Notes: generated by a model from the letters alone, not told the origin. A DNA stretch of 52,634 nt from Haliscomenobacter hydrossis DSM 1100 (GCA_945878825.1 CAMDWC010000001.1:1-52634), one strand, 5' to 3'. Counted from the first letter of the stretch, positions 18,387 through 27,514 are shown. Numbers and translations are program-made.

Positions 18387-18793
18387 TGGAAAATATTTTT
18401 GTTGATACAAATATAATCATCGATTTATTAGCTAAGCTTGAATTATTTTATAAAGACGCTCAGGCTTTATTTACTTTGAGCGATAAAAAAGAAATTCAAC
18501 TTTGTATTTTATCTTTATCATTTGCAAACGCCTATTACTCTATCGTAAAGCATCACAAAGATATTGATGCTAAAAAATATTTAGCAAAATTTAAGGTTCT
18601 TGTTAAAGTTCTGCCTTTAGAGGACAAAGCCATCGAATTGGCATTGGCATCTAATTTTAATGACTTCTAAGATGGCTTGCAATATTTTGTAGCCATGGAT
18701 AACGAATCAGATATAATAATTACCCGAAATAAGAAAGATTTTAAAAATGCTAAAATTCCTGTAATGACCGCTGGTGAATATATTAGAAGGTAA
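18386..18793 (+). pseudogene. PIN-domain (VapC-like) toxin with internal TAA nonsense codon
   Basis: The frame reads MENIFVDTNIIIDLL...NDF*DGLQYFVAMDNESDIIITRNKKDFKNAKIPVMTAGEYIRR*. The TAA at 18668-18670 sits where the family has DFEDA (GAA Glu). Confidence 0.7.
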
Positions 18794-18847
18794 GCGACTT
18801 CCAAAACAGGTGTTTAATATTATTTTGAGACCTTCGAAATGGCAGAA

Positions 18848-18977
18848 ACCACAACGTAAATCATGAAGAGATTTAACCAAGTAAATTCCAACAACTAACC
18901 TGAAAAAAGTGCTGCAGGGTTTATAAAATTATCTTATATAAAACTAAACTTGTATATATAAATTATTAAATTTTAAC
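18848..18977. repeat. integrase-tail/att-arm module, copy a (no tRNA core)
   Basis: Aligns by eye to 28333-28475, sharing AATCATGAAGAGATTTAAC...AACCTGAAAA(A)GTGCTGCAGGG and the AT-rich spacer. Homology ends at TTTTAAC, where the tRNA core begins in the other copies. Confidence 0.6.
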
Positions 18978-19207
18978 TGAAAAGAATTATTCCCAAAAGA
19001 TAAAAATTTTATAGCAAATCTCAAAAATTAGGAGATAGTCTAAATTAGTTGTAGCTTTAATATATATGAAATAGCATACTAAATTAATATGCTAATTTAA
19101 TCGCATTAAATAGTTCTACTTTCATAGGTTTTGGTGAAATAACATAAATAATCTTGGAAATATATTATCTAACAACAGATTGGAAGATTATTTTTTAATC
19201 CATAAGT

Positions 19208-20005
19208 ATGAAATATTTTTTTGCAGGATTGTTATTTTGGACATTTAGTTTTGCTATAGCCCAAGTGATACTTCCTGCTTATCAGGGAGTGTTTAGTAAA
19301 CCTGTAGCTAATGCAAATAGTATTATTACCAGCGGCTTAATTTTAAATCTGGATGCTTCAAATACTGCTAGTTATCCTGGCTCTGGTACTACCTGGAGAG
19401 ATTTAAGTGATTCATCAAATAATGTGAGTTTATTAAATGGCGCAAGTTATGATCCAAGTAATCGAAACAGCATCCTTTTGGACGGAGTAAATGATTATGC
19501 TGGTAAGTCTTCTGCTATAAATACAGGGCAAAATTTTACGGTTTCGGTTTGGATGTACGCCACACTTTTAGGTTCCACTCGTACAAGTTTAGTTGCAAAC
19601 AGCTATAATTATAGTAGTGGCAATGGATGGTTTTTTTGCACCAATGCTGGAGGTACTTCTAATTCTTTTTTCCTATCGATAGGTAGTGATAATCCGGTAA
19701 AGGTTTCCAGTGCAAATATACTTTCCCTAAACACTTGGAATTACCTGACCGCCGTAATAAGAAGCGGCGGGAGGTACATTGATTTATATAAAAACGGTGT
19801 ATTAATTTCAGGTTCTAGTACAGACTTTGGAGCTAGAACTATAAATTATACCTATGCTAATTTTAGTATCGGATTACGAGATCCAGGGGGCACTCGAGAT
19901 CCTTTTAAAGGAAATATAGGCATTACCCAAATATATAATCAGGTACTTACAGCAGATGATATTCTGGCTAATTATAATGCAACTAAATCTAAATTCGGTC
20001 TCTAA
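19208..20005 (+). CDS. secreted LamG-like (concanavalin A-like lectin/glucanase fold) protein, paralog 1
   Basis: 265 aa with a signal peptide ending A-Q. It has LILNLDASNTASYPGSGTTWRDLS, FTVSVWMY, LYKNGVLI and the C-terminal F.G.I....YN.VLTA.(D/E)(I/V)L.N(Y/F)N signature of Laminin_G_3. Confidence 0.75.
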   Translation: MKYFFAGLLFWTFSFAIAQVILPAYQGVFSKPVANANSIITSGLILNLDASNTASYPGSGTTWRDLSDSSNNVSLLNGASYDPSNRNSILLDGVNDYAGKSSAINTGQNFTVSVWMYATLLGSTRTSLVANSYNYSSGNGWFFCTNAGGTSNSFFLSIGSDNPVKVSSANILSLNTWNYLTAVIRSGGRYIDLYKNGVLISGSSTDFGARTINYTYANFSIGLRDPGGTRDPFKGNIGITQIYNQVLTADDILANYNATKSKFGL

Positions 20006-20019
20006 TTTAAATTTAATGA

Positions 20020-20754
20020 ATGATGAAAAAATATATTTTGATAGCATGTTTATTTTGGTCATGTAGTATGGTTTCTGCACAAATAATGCTGCCCGCTTAT
20101 CAGGGAGTGTTTAAAAAAATGCCCATTACCATTGTTACCACTGGCTTGCTTTTAAATTTAGATGCGAGTAATAGTTCAAGCTACCCAGGCTCTGGTACTT
20201 CCTGGAATGACATTAGTGGCAATAATAACAATGCTTTATTAAATGGAGCTGTATTTTCATATGTTAGTGGTGTATCCTACTTCACTTGCGGTACAAATTG
20301 TATCAGTGCAGACATCACAAAATCTGCTTCCATGACTTTCTCTGCGTGGGCAAAATCATCTAATTTCTCAGCCTCTACGATGCTTTTTAATACTGGTGCT
20401 TATGGTGTCGGACCTGATTTGTTGTTTTATTTAAATACTATTTATTGGAATATTTATGATAATACCGCTAGCCCTTTCACCTTCTCGCCAGCAGCAAATA
20501 TTTCAAATTGGCATAACTATACTGTTGTAAATGACGCAACTTCCAATGCAAAATTATATATCGATGGGGTTTTCAAAGCCTCAGCAACCTACAGGTCAAA
20601 TACCGCTACCACTACTTTATCTATCGGAGGAGGTGGAACAAATACCAATAAGTGGGTAGGTGAAATCGCTAATTTTCAAGCTTACAACCGGGTGTTAACA
20701 GCTTCGGAGGTATTGCAAAACTTTAATTCGCTTAAAGGAAGTTTTGGCTACTAA
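20020..20754 (+). CDS. secreted LamG-like protein, paralog 2
   Basis: 244 aa with the same architecture: AQIMLPAYQGVFKK, LLLNLDASNSSSYPGSGTSWNDISGNNNN, and WVGEIANFQAYNRVLTASEVLQNFN. Confidence 0.75.
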   Translation: MMKKYILIACLFWSCSMVSAQIMLPAYQGVFKKMPITIVTTGLLLNLDASNSSSYPGSGTSWNDISGNNNNALLNGAVFSYVSGVSYFTCGTNCISADITKSASMTFSAWAKSSNFSASTMLFNTGAYGVGPDLLFYLNTIYWNIYDNTASPFTFSPAANISNWHNYTVVNDATSNAKLYIDGVFKASATYRSNTATTTLSIGGGGTNTNKWVGEIANFQAYNRVLTASEVLQNFNSLKGSFGY

Positions 20755-20766
20755 ATTATATTAAAA

Positions 20767-21552
20767 ATGAAGATATACATATTCATAAGTTTTTTCTTTA
20801 CAATAAGCAGTATGGTTTCTGCCCAAATAATGCTACCCTCCTATCAGGGGGTGTTTAAAAAAATACCAATTCCCAATATCGTTACCAGTGGCTTGCTTTT
20901 AAATTTAGATGTATCCAATGTAGGGTCATATAGTGGGACAGGTGCAAATTGGTACGATTTAAGTGGTAATAATAGACACGGTTTTGTTAGAGGGACACCT
21001 AGATTCGGAACTACATTTAATGGTTACCTTGAAACTGGTGCAAATCAAACTGCAAACTACATTCAACTGCCAGAAAGTGCGCCACAAAACTTAACAAATG
21101 GATTTATTTTTAGCATTGATTGGTGGAGCACCATGAAAGATACTAGTGCAACTAGATACCAACAATCTATGGTTAATTCTATTGGGGCAAATATTTTCAT
21201 TATCGGTAAAGACGCAACAAGTTTTAGTATTTATTGGGCAACATTAGTTTCTGGTACCGCACCAACATATACTGTTAATGTTCCACAACATCTAGCCGTA
21301 ATATCTGATGGCACCTATCAATACTTTTATAAAAATGGCGCACTAACAAGCACGTGGAGTGCTGCATGGGGTGATATGACAACCGTTACTGGTTATATTA
21401 TGGACCAAGAACAAGACGCTCCGAAAGGTAGTTTCGATGCTACCCAAAACACCTATGGTTGGTGGCACCTAACAAGAATGTACAATAAAGTTTTAACCGC
21501 TAGTGAAGTTTTGCAAAATTATAACGCTCAAAAGAATAGGTTTGGGTTATAG
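20767..21552 (+). CDS. secreted LamG-like protein, paralog 3
   Basis: 261 aa with AQIMLPSYQGVFKK, LLLNLDVSNVGSYSGTGANWYDLSGNN, and a C-terminal YNKVLTASEVLQNYN. Confidence 0.7.
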   Translation: MKIYIFISFFFTISSMVSAQIMLPSYQGVFKKIPIPNIVTSGLLLNLDVSNVGSYSGTGANWYDLSGNNRHGFVRGTPRFGTTFNGYLETGANQTANYIQLPESAPQNLTNGFIFSIDWWSTMKDTSATRYQQSMVNSIGANIFIIGKDATSFSIYWATLVSGTAPTYTVNVPQHLAVISDGTYQYFYKNGALTSTWSAAWGDMTTVTGYIMDQEQDAPKGSFDATQNTYGWWHLTRMYNKVLTASEVLQNYNAQKNRFGL

Positions 21553-21660
21553 TTAGATTAGTTAGTTCGTTTATTACTTGCTCGCTGGATATTTATTTTG
21601 AACATTCAAATTTGTTTTCCCCAGTAAATCTAAGTATGGTCTCCAAATTAAATTTAAAAA

Positions 21661-21750
21661 ATGATGAAAAAATATATTGTAATACGATTGTTCTTTTTAG
21701 CAAGTAGTGTTGCCATAGCCCAAGTGATGCTGCCTGCTTTTCAGAGAGAT
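21661..21750 (+). pseudogene. LamG paralog 4, N-terminal stub only
   Basis: Reads MMKKYIVIRLFFLASSVAIAQVMLPAFQ, then runs into the integrase-tail repeat. The preceding 21625-21660 repeats the 3' end and intergenic spacer seen at 19984-20019. Confidence 0.7.
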
Positions 21751-21905
21751 TCACAAACAATTAACCTGAAAAGAGTGCTGCAGGGTTTGCTGCAGGGTAC
21801 ATATAAAAATAATAAATAATAAGTGGATTGTATATAAATCATTGATTTTTAACCAAGTGGTCCCGACGGGAATCGAACCCATATCTAGTGTTTAGGAAAC
21901 ACCTA
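21751..21905. repeat. integrase-tail/att module copy b, including 48-nt tRNA-Arg 3' core (21858-21905)
   Basis: It has the TGCTGCAGGG doublet at 21777-21798, an AT-rich spacer, then TGGTCCCGACGGGAATCGAACCCATATCTAGTGTTTAGGAAACACCTA. That 48-nt string is identical by eye to 28481-28528. Confidence 0.8.
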
Positions 21906-22062
21906 CTACTTTATCTAAGACTTTTTATAACTTTTTAATCTCAAAAACACGTTTAGTGTGTTGTAAGAGTGCAGTAAATCGATGTTTTGCCACATGCGTT
22001 GCTAAAAAAAATATTCCCAAATAAATGGAATATTTGCAAAAGGAAAAAAGTTTATAACATAG

Positions 22063-22803
22063 TCAATCCCTGAGGCAGCGGACGGAACCACCAACTGATC
22101 TAAGGCCGCCGATGCTGCTGCTGCTGTGACCATTAAACACACCGCCAAGGTTGGCGTCCAAGGTGCGGCTATAGGCGGCGTTGCTGGCGAGCTCGGTAGC
22201 ACTCCAGAAGAAAGCGGCGTTTCTAATATAGAGGAAACTACCATCCCAAAGGCGACAACCACCTGGGAGAACAGAAAAACCACTTACATTCGTTGCGCCT
22301 TCATTGGGACTATTCCAATAAGCAATGCCAGTGGATTTCATCTTACCCCCTGCAACTCCTTCTCCCCCAAGGTAAGTAGTTAAAGTGGTCCACTCGGCAT
22401 CACTTGGAACATGCCAGCCAGTAGGGCAAATGCCTCTGCCATCTTTTACAGCCCACCAATTGTATAACTTTCCATAAATGGCGTCATTGGCATTGACATT
22501 ATCAATAATAGCATAGGCACCGCTAGTGGTATTTGCCCAAGCGCCATCGATAAGACCAGTGGGAATAGCAGCCCCGTTTCTGTATTTGCTAACTTTCAGA
22601 TTGCTTTGCATCCAACATTGCTTGCCTATTTGTACCGTTTTGTAGGAATTATTATTTATGTCCGAAACAGTTGAAAAACCACACCCATAAAAAGCGGGAA
22701 GTTTATAGATATCGATAGGGGGTTTTTTAACCGAAATGATCTGAGATACCAAATTATTAATAAATAAAAAGGTTATTAAACTTAAAAGGTTAATCTTTTT
22801 CAT
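22063..22803 (-). CDS. FISUMP (Fibrobacter succinogenes major paralogous) domain protein
   Basis: 246 aa with a signal peptide and CWMQSNL, YGKLYNWWAV, CPTGWHVPSDAEW, AGGKMKSTG, SGFSVLPGG, FFWSATE and GGSVRCLRD. Confidence 0.8.
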   Translation of the reverse strand: MKKINLLSLITFLFINNLVSQIISVKKPPIDIYKLPAFYGCGFSTVSDINNNSYKTVQIGKQCWMQSNLKVSKYRNGAAIPTGLIDGAWANTTSGAYAIIDNVNANDAIYGKLYNWWAVKDGRGICPTGWHVPSDAEWTTLTTYLGGEGVAGGKMKSTGIAYWNSPNEGATNVSGFSVLPGGCRLWDGSFLYIRNAAFFWSATELASNAAYSRTLDANLGGVFNGHSSSSIGGLRSVGGSVRCLRD

Positions 22804-22807
22804 CTGT

Positions 22808-23311
22808 TTAAATCTTTACAATTTTGAAAATTCTGTTTTCTTTTTTTGATTTCAAGGAAATGAAATAATTTCCTGACGGTAAATCCACGACGAATATCTC
22901 AGATTTTTCTGATAGTATATTCCCATTTCTGATTTCCTTTCCCAAATAATCCATGATAGTATATCTAACTAGAACATCCTCTTTGGTTGACATTATTAAG
23001 GTAAAAGTTTCTTGCGTCGGATTTAGATATAGAAGTACCTCTCTAAGGTAAACCAATTCTTCGATGGGTGTCGTTTTTTTGGTATAAACCTGTTGAACTC
23101 CTTCATTCAAATATGGACCATTTCCTTTTTTCAAAACATAAGCCACCTGTCCAACGGCAAAACTGGTGGAACCTCCTGTAGTTTTGATGTGACCACCTGT
23201 TGTGGATATTGAATATTGTCCAAAACTCGGTACAAATGATAAAACAAAGAAAACAAAATGGAATATATAGGTTACATTTCTAGGAAATACAGATTTGTTC
23301 ATGATTTTCAT
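22808..23311 (-). CDS. small secreted protein with T9SS C-terminal sorting domain
   Basis: 167 aa with a signal peptide. The C-terminal ~75 aa (LYLNPTQETFTLIM...IMDYLGKEI...LPSGNYFISL...FKIVKI) match the Por secretion tail pattern. Confidence 0.65.
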   Translation of the reverse strand: MKIMNKSVFPRNVTYIFHFVFFVLSFVPSFGQYSISTTGGHIKTTGGSTSFAVGQVAYVLKKGNGPYLNEGVQQVYTKKTTPIEELVYLREVLLYLNPTQETFTLIMSTKEDVLVRYTIMDYLGKEIRNGNILSEKSEIFVVDLPSGNYFISLKSKKENRIFKIVKI

Positions 23312-23402
23312 AATTTGAACAAACCTAGTAAAAATATTTTGATAGTTCCATAATTTTATATTAAAAGGCAGGTTTTAGAAATTTGAAATTTATCTGTATC
23401 AT

Positions 23403-23515
23403 GGGAGGGCGAATGCAATTCTCCCCTACGAACGTGATATTACGATGTACAAACCCTCTGTAATCCTATAAATCCTGATTCAAAATTATTTAAGGGAAAT
23501 ATTCCCCAAAAACAA
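23403..23515. repeat. REP-like composite repeat (half-palindrome GGGCGAATGCAATTCTCCCC + CTGTAATCCTATAAATCCTGATTCAAAA)
   Basis: A similarly ordered module recurs at 25590-25740, on the other side of the ATPase gene. A related half-palindrome is at 52271-52293. Confidence 0.55.
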
Positions 23516-23655
23516 GCACCTCCTCAATCTCCGATGGACATTACGCGCGCAAAATATCAAGTATTGTCGGCCAGGAATTCTATGTTGGAATAACCTTTTG
23601 TCAAAAATAATTTCCATCATATTTTGTAAAAAGTCTGGATTTATCCATGAACACC

Positions 23656-25191
23656 CTATAATTCTGCCCTTTCCCACGCTGAAATACCCTTTTTTGATGA
23701 TGAAAAAACAACCCCCACGCCTATTATAGGTTTATTGCGAAGTCGCAAACTTTCGGCATAGTTCCTATCTCTTATGCACTGAATGGCTTCTTCTGCTGTT
23801 CCCTCTATTTTAAATTCAAATAGAAATATGTGGTCATTGGTGATAATCACCGTATCCATGCGACCTGTGGGTGTGTGCATTTCAGTGCGTGGATCTGAAC
23901 CTACCATGGTAAAGATCAAATGGATAATGGCATGAAAGAATTTTTCCTGATCTTTTACATAGTTCTGGTCTGGGACGGATTGAATTAGGTCGTTGATAAT
24001 TTTTATGACGTTTTCGAGATTGTTTTGGGTTAAGGCTTCTAAAATATTAGGTCCATAAGGTACAGTTACCGGCGTGTGGGTGTATTCGCTCAATAAAAAT
24101 TGTCCGAAGGCTTGTCTAACTTCCTTATTTGGATAATCAAGTATGAATTTTTCTGCAGGTGTTATTTTTTTGATGGTCAAATAACCCGTCTGCAAAAGCA
24201 AGGAAGACAAATCCAATTCCTCAAATTTTTCAAGTCGAAAAGATTCTAAAATGAGGTTACTCACTTCTATTTCCTCCAATTTATAAGTGAATCGCTTTCG
24301 CATGAGCTTAATTAGAAAGGTAGGCGTTCCTGTTTCAAACCAATAATTTGCGTACCTGCCATGCCTGAAGAATTTGAGGACTGAAAACGGATTATAAACA
24401 AAGTTTTTAGCGTCCCAACTATACCCGTTATACCACAATTTCATTTTTTCCAGGGTCTCGGAAGGCATGACACTAAGGTAAGGGGCAAAATAATATGTTA
24501 ACTCAGTTTGAGTGTAACCGCATAAAGTAGCGCAGCCTGGGGCAAGGGTCAAATCATCCAAATGATTTAATTCTGAAAAAATAGATACTTTTGAAAACTT
24601 GGAAACGCCAGTAATCAAAAGAAAACGGATATTATTCGATGCATTTTTCAAAATGCTGAAAAATTGTTTCAAAATATCCCTTTGTTTATTTGCCATAGTA
24701 AAATCGTAGGGATCAATATAATCAACGATTGGGCGATCATATTCATCAATGAGAATAATGACTTGCTTACCCGTTTTCTCCACTACAGCTTCAATCAATT
24801 CATTAAATATGGTGCCAGGTAATTTTTTATACAGTTTTATCTTGAATTTTTTTCCTATATCCTTGATTGCTTCTACCAATGCTTCCGCCAATCTACCTTC
24901 ATGTCCAATAGCATCAAAAGACATTCGGATAACAGGATAGGTATCGGTCCAATCCCATTTATCCTCAATCCATAACCCTTTAAATAAGGGCTTATTGCCC
25001 GAAAAAAGTTCATTAATAGTATCCAGCGTTAAGGATTTGCCAAAACGACGTGGGCGGGATAAAAAATAATTGCTATCTGCAGGACTACATAAGTTATAAA
25101 TTATTTCCGTTTTATCTACGTAAATGGCGTTATCTTTTCTTACGCTTGCAAAATACTGACGTCCAACCGGCAAATTAGGTAATTGGTCCAT
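23656..25191 (-). CDS. AAA-ATPase-like N-domain fused to PD-(D/E)XK nuclease-like C-domain (DUF1703-type)
   Basis: 511 aa with LPVGRQYFASVRKDNAIYVDKTE, SRPRRFGKSL (P-loop-like) and ILIDEYD. The C-terminal part has MDTVIITNDHIFLFEFKIEG, a nuclease-like core. Confidence 0.8.
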   Translation of the reverse strand: MDQLPNLPVGRQYFASVRKDNAIYVDKTEIIYNLCSPADSNYFLSRPRRFGKSLTLDTINELFSGNKPLFKGLWIEDKWDWTDTYPVIRMSFDAIGHEGRLAEALVEAIKDIGKKFKIKLYKKLPGTIFNELIEAVVEKTGKQVIILIDEYDRPIVDYIDPYDFTMANKQRDILKQFFSILKNASNNIRFLLITGVSKFSKVSIFSELNHLDDLTLAPGCATLCGYTQTELTYYFAPYLSVMPSETLEKMKLWYNGYSWDAKNFVYNPFSVLKFFRHGRYANYWFETGTPTFLIKLMRKRFTYKLEEIEVSNLILESFRLEKFEELDLSSLLLQTGYLTIKKITPAEKFILDYPNKEVRQAFGQFLLSEYTHTPVTVPYGPNILEALTQNNLENVIKIINDLIQSVPDQNYVKDQEKFFHAIIHLIFTMVGSDPRTEMHTPTGRMDTVIITNDHIFLFEFKIEGTAEEAIQCIRDRNYAESLRLRNKPIIGVGVVFSSSKKGISAWERAEL

Positions 25192-25497
25192 TTTCGTTTA
25201 ATTTATGGCAATTTACACCTTTTTTAGGTCAATTATGTTAATAAAGGCAGTTGTAGAATATTCTGAATAAACCAAAGAAATTCTTCAAATAATTAATTTT
25301 CATTTAAGCTAGAATCCGGGGAACTCAAATATATATAACAAATCATAACCTTTTTTGTAAAAAGGTAGTTCTTCTTCTAATGCTATGATGATTTATTTTT
25401 TGGGTTTTAAAACTAAAAATGAATCAAAAATCCCCTAAAACCAAAGACCACCTCCCCAATCTCTCTGTCTGTAAATTACGGGTGCAGCAGCCATTGG

Positions 25498-25712
25498 TTT
25501 GAATCAGGATTTTCAGGATTTCGAGGATTATAAATAACGTCTCCAACTTGATTCGGAAGATTAATATGAGTTGCTTTATTTATCTATACTCTCGCCGATG
25601 CGTCACCCATCGGCGAAAAGAAGGGTGACAAGAAATCCTCTACGAATGACCATTGTACCTAAAACAAGGACGTCCACTGTAATCCTAGAAATCCTGAAAA
25701 TCCTGATTCAAA
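25498..25712. repeat. MITE-like inverted-repeat element
   Basis: The 35-nt arms TTTGAATCAGGATTTTCAGGATTTCGAGGATTATA (25498-25532) and its reverse complement (25678-25712) differ at 2 positions. They enclose a perfect 9-bp hairpin, TCGCCGATG-7 nt-CATCGGCGA (25592-25616). Confidence 0.6.
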
Positions 25713-25948
25713 ATTAATGTGTTCCGGAATTATTCCCCCAATGTACCCTTCTCTTCATCCAAATAAAAGATTAACTCCCAAATATTTGTAAAAGTAATTA
25801 GTAAAAGTTTTGCAGTCATAACTCTTTTTGTTTATTGGCAGCCTTCAGCTAATGCCATGATGGTTTATTTTTACAGCCTGCATTTGCCCAATACAAAATC
25901 AATAGACTCAATACTATAATTCCTTACTATCCAAATCTATATGAACAA

Positions 25949-26335
25949 GTGATTGAAGAAATTAAAATCTGTGATATTCCATTTGATGTTACCTCATTAA
26001 GTCAGTTTTTTAGAATAGATCATTTTGATTTTATGTCACTGAATTATAAAGGTTTTATCGAATTATTGAATCGTATAAAGGTGGAAGATCAAGCGTTTAA
26101 TTTTCAACTAAATGAAATCAAAAAAACAATTGAAATTGAATTGATTAAGTTGTTTTTTAAGAAATTATCCTCCTTGTCTGAACAATTCATTTTTCCTACC
26201 TTACAATATGAAGATTTTAAGGAATCTTTCGATAACAGGAGATATTTCAATGAACATGAAGCCTATTTGATTCATCGGGCCACCCCCACCATGAAAATCA
26301 TGAAGAGATTTAACGAAACACATTCCAACTATTAA
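25949..26335 (+). pseudogene. tyrosine-integrase remnant with in-frame deletion of the catalytic C-terminus
   Basis: Residues from FFKKLSSLSEQFIFPTLQYEDF...LIHRA to PTMKIMKRFNETHSNY* align to 28005-28385. It lacks 198 bp (equivalent to 28135-28332) that encode HSPRHT...LGHSDVKTTKIY. Confidence 0.65.
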
Positions 26336-26478
26336 CCTGAAAAGAGTGCTGCATGGTTTGCTGCAGGGTTCGGAAAATAATATTAAATAATAAGTGAATA
26401 GTGTATATAAATCATTGATTTTTTACCGAGTGGTCCCGACGGGAATCGAACCAATATCTAGTGTTTAGGAAACACCTA
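26153..26478. repeat. integrase-tail/att module copy c, including 48-nt tRNA-Arg 3' core (26431-26478)
   Basis: Near-identical by eye to 28008-28528 apart from the 198-bp deletion. The core has one mismatch (CCAATATC vs CCCATATC). Confidence 0.8.
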
Positions 26479-27022
26479 AAATATTTGGTCAATGAATTAT
26501 CTACCAAATTATTAATGAATTCAACAAAAAATAGTTGTTAGTAACTGTATATCAATTGTTTATAAAATACACCCTACCCCATTCCATTAAATTAGGGATA
26601 AAATTCTTTTTTGAATATAAAATATATATTAATCTATTATTAAATGTTTTATACATTAATTAATTTAATATATGATAAATAGATTTCATCTGCTGCATGG
26701 TTGCTGCAGGTATAGAATGGAAGGTTACTTTTATTTTATTGGAAGTTCGAGGGTAAAATGTATATACCTTTCCTATTTTTTTACTTCAGGAAAATTTTCA
26801 ATTGCTAAATCCTTTCTCTTTCTATATAGATTAAACCGCAACCATCTATCCTTTGTATCTGTCAATGTTAAGTAATTGTTAATTATAGCATTTGTTACAC
26901 AACTTATTTGAATTATTTTATAAAATTTATTAATTTACATAATCAGTGGAGCCCAGAAGCCACTCTAAAAAACGGGGCGTATTCCTAAAAGCCTTATGAT
27001 AGGGAAATAAATATTCTAAAAC

Positions 27023-27514
27023 ATGAAAAAATTATTATTGCTTTTTATTGTATCAGCATCTTTGATTGCTTGTACAAACCAAAAACAAGAGGGTGTAACT
27101 GTTTCTAATGGATTTGCCGAAACGAAAGGTGAACAAGTGACAATGGGAAGCCAAGAAAGTGTAGATATATTTCTTAAAATAGACAAAGCATGGAAAGAAA
27201 GAGATTATGATGCTTTCAAATCACTTGTAAGTAAAGATGCTGAATTTGTAAATGAAAAAGGAGAAGTTTTTGTAGGTCCTCAAGCTTTTACTGATTATAT
27301 TGAAAAATACTATCAAGAATCTCTTGCAAAAAAACAAGAGTGGGAATGGACAATTAATTATGCTTTCTGTATAAAACCAACCAACGCAGATAGAGGAGAA
27401 TTTGTTAATGCTAGAATTACTGGCACCTCAGGAGTTTTTGAAGAATGGTACCAAATTGCAGATGGAAAATTAATTAGTTGGGAGCAAGCTAAAAGAGCTT
27501 TAACTGCAGAATAA
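27023..27514 (+). CDS. NTF2-like (SnoaL/DUF4440-like) lipoprotein
   Basis: 163 aa with the lipobox LIAC. Its size and the pattern IFLKIDKAWKERDYDAFKSLVSKDAEF fit the NTF2-like fold. A strong terminator follows. Confidence 0.5.
   Translation: MKKLLLLFIVSASLIACTNQKQEGVTVSNGFAETKGEQVTMGSQESVDIFLKIDKAWKERDYDAFKSLVSKDAEFVNEKGEVFVGPQAFTDYIEKYYQESLAKKQEWEWTINYAFCIKPTNADRGEFVNARITGTSGVFEEWYQIADGKLISWEQAKRALTAE

Noticed and set aside
5413-18670. Alternative genetic code (stop-codon reassignment) as the explanation for the in-frame TAG and TAA
   Set aside because: About 50 long ORFs terminate normally at TAA, TAG or TGA with sensible lengths and conserved C-termini. Isolated mutations are a simpler explanation.
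22002-22383. ORFs 22002-22283 (-) and 22126-22383 (+) overlapping the FISUMP gene
   Set aside because: They are open only because this stretch is GC-rich. The FISUMP frame carries strong family motifs and these frames do not.
19208-22803. Diversity-generating retroelement targeting the LamG or FISUMP genes
   Set aside because: I found no reverse transcriptase ORF in the window. I also saw no template/variable repeat pair with adenine-specific differences. The LamG similarity is confined to the termini.
23486-23677. 63-aa minus ORF overlapping the 3' end of the ATPase-nuclease gene
   Set aside because: It overlaps a confident gene and runs into the REP-like repeat. Its Arg/Cys-rich product is odd and has no motif.
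26672-26875. 67-aa plus ORF in the AT-rich island spacer
   Set aside because: It has no motif and is low-complexity, and it starts within the TGCTGCA(T/G)GG repeat. It is likely spurious.
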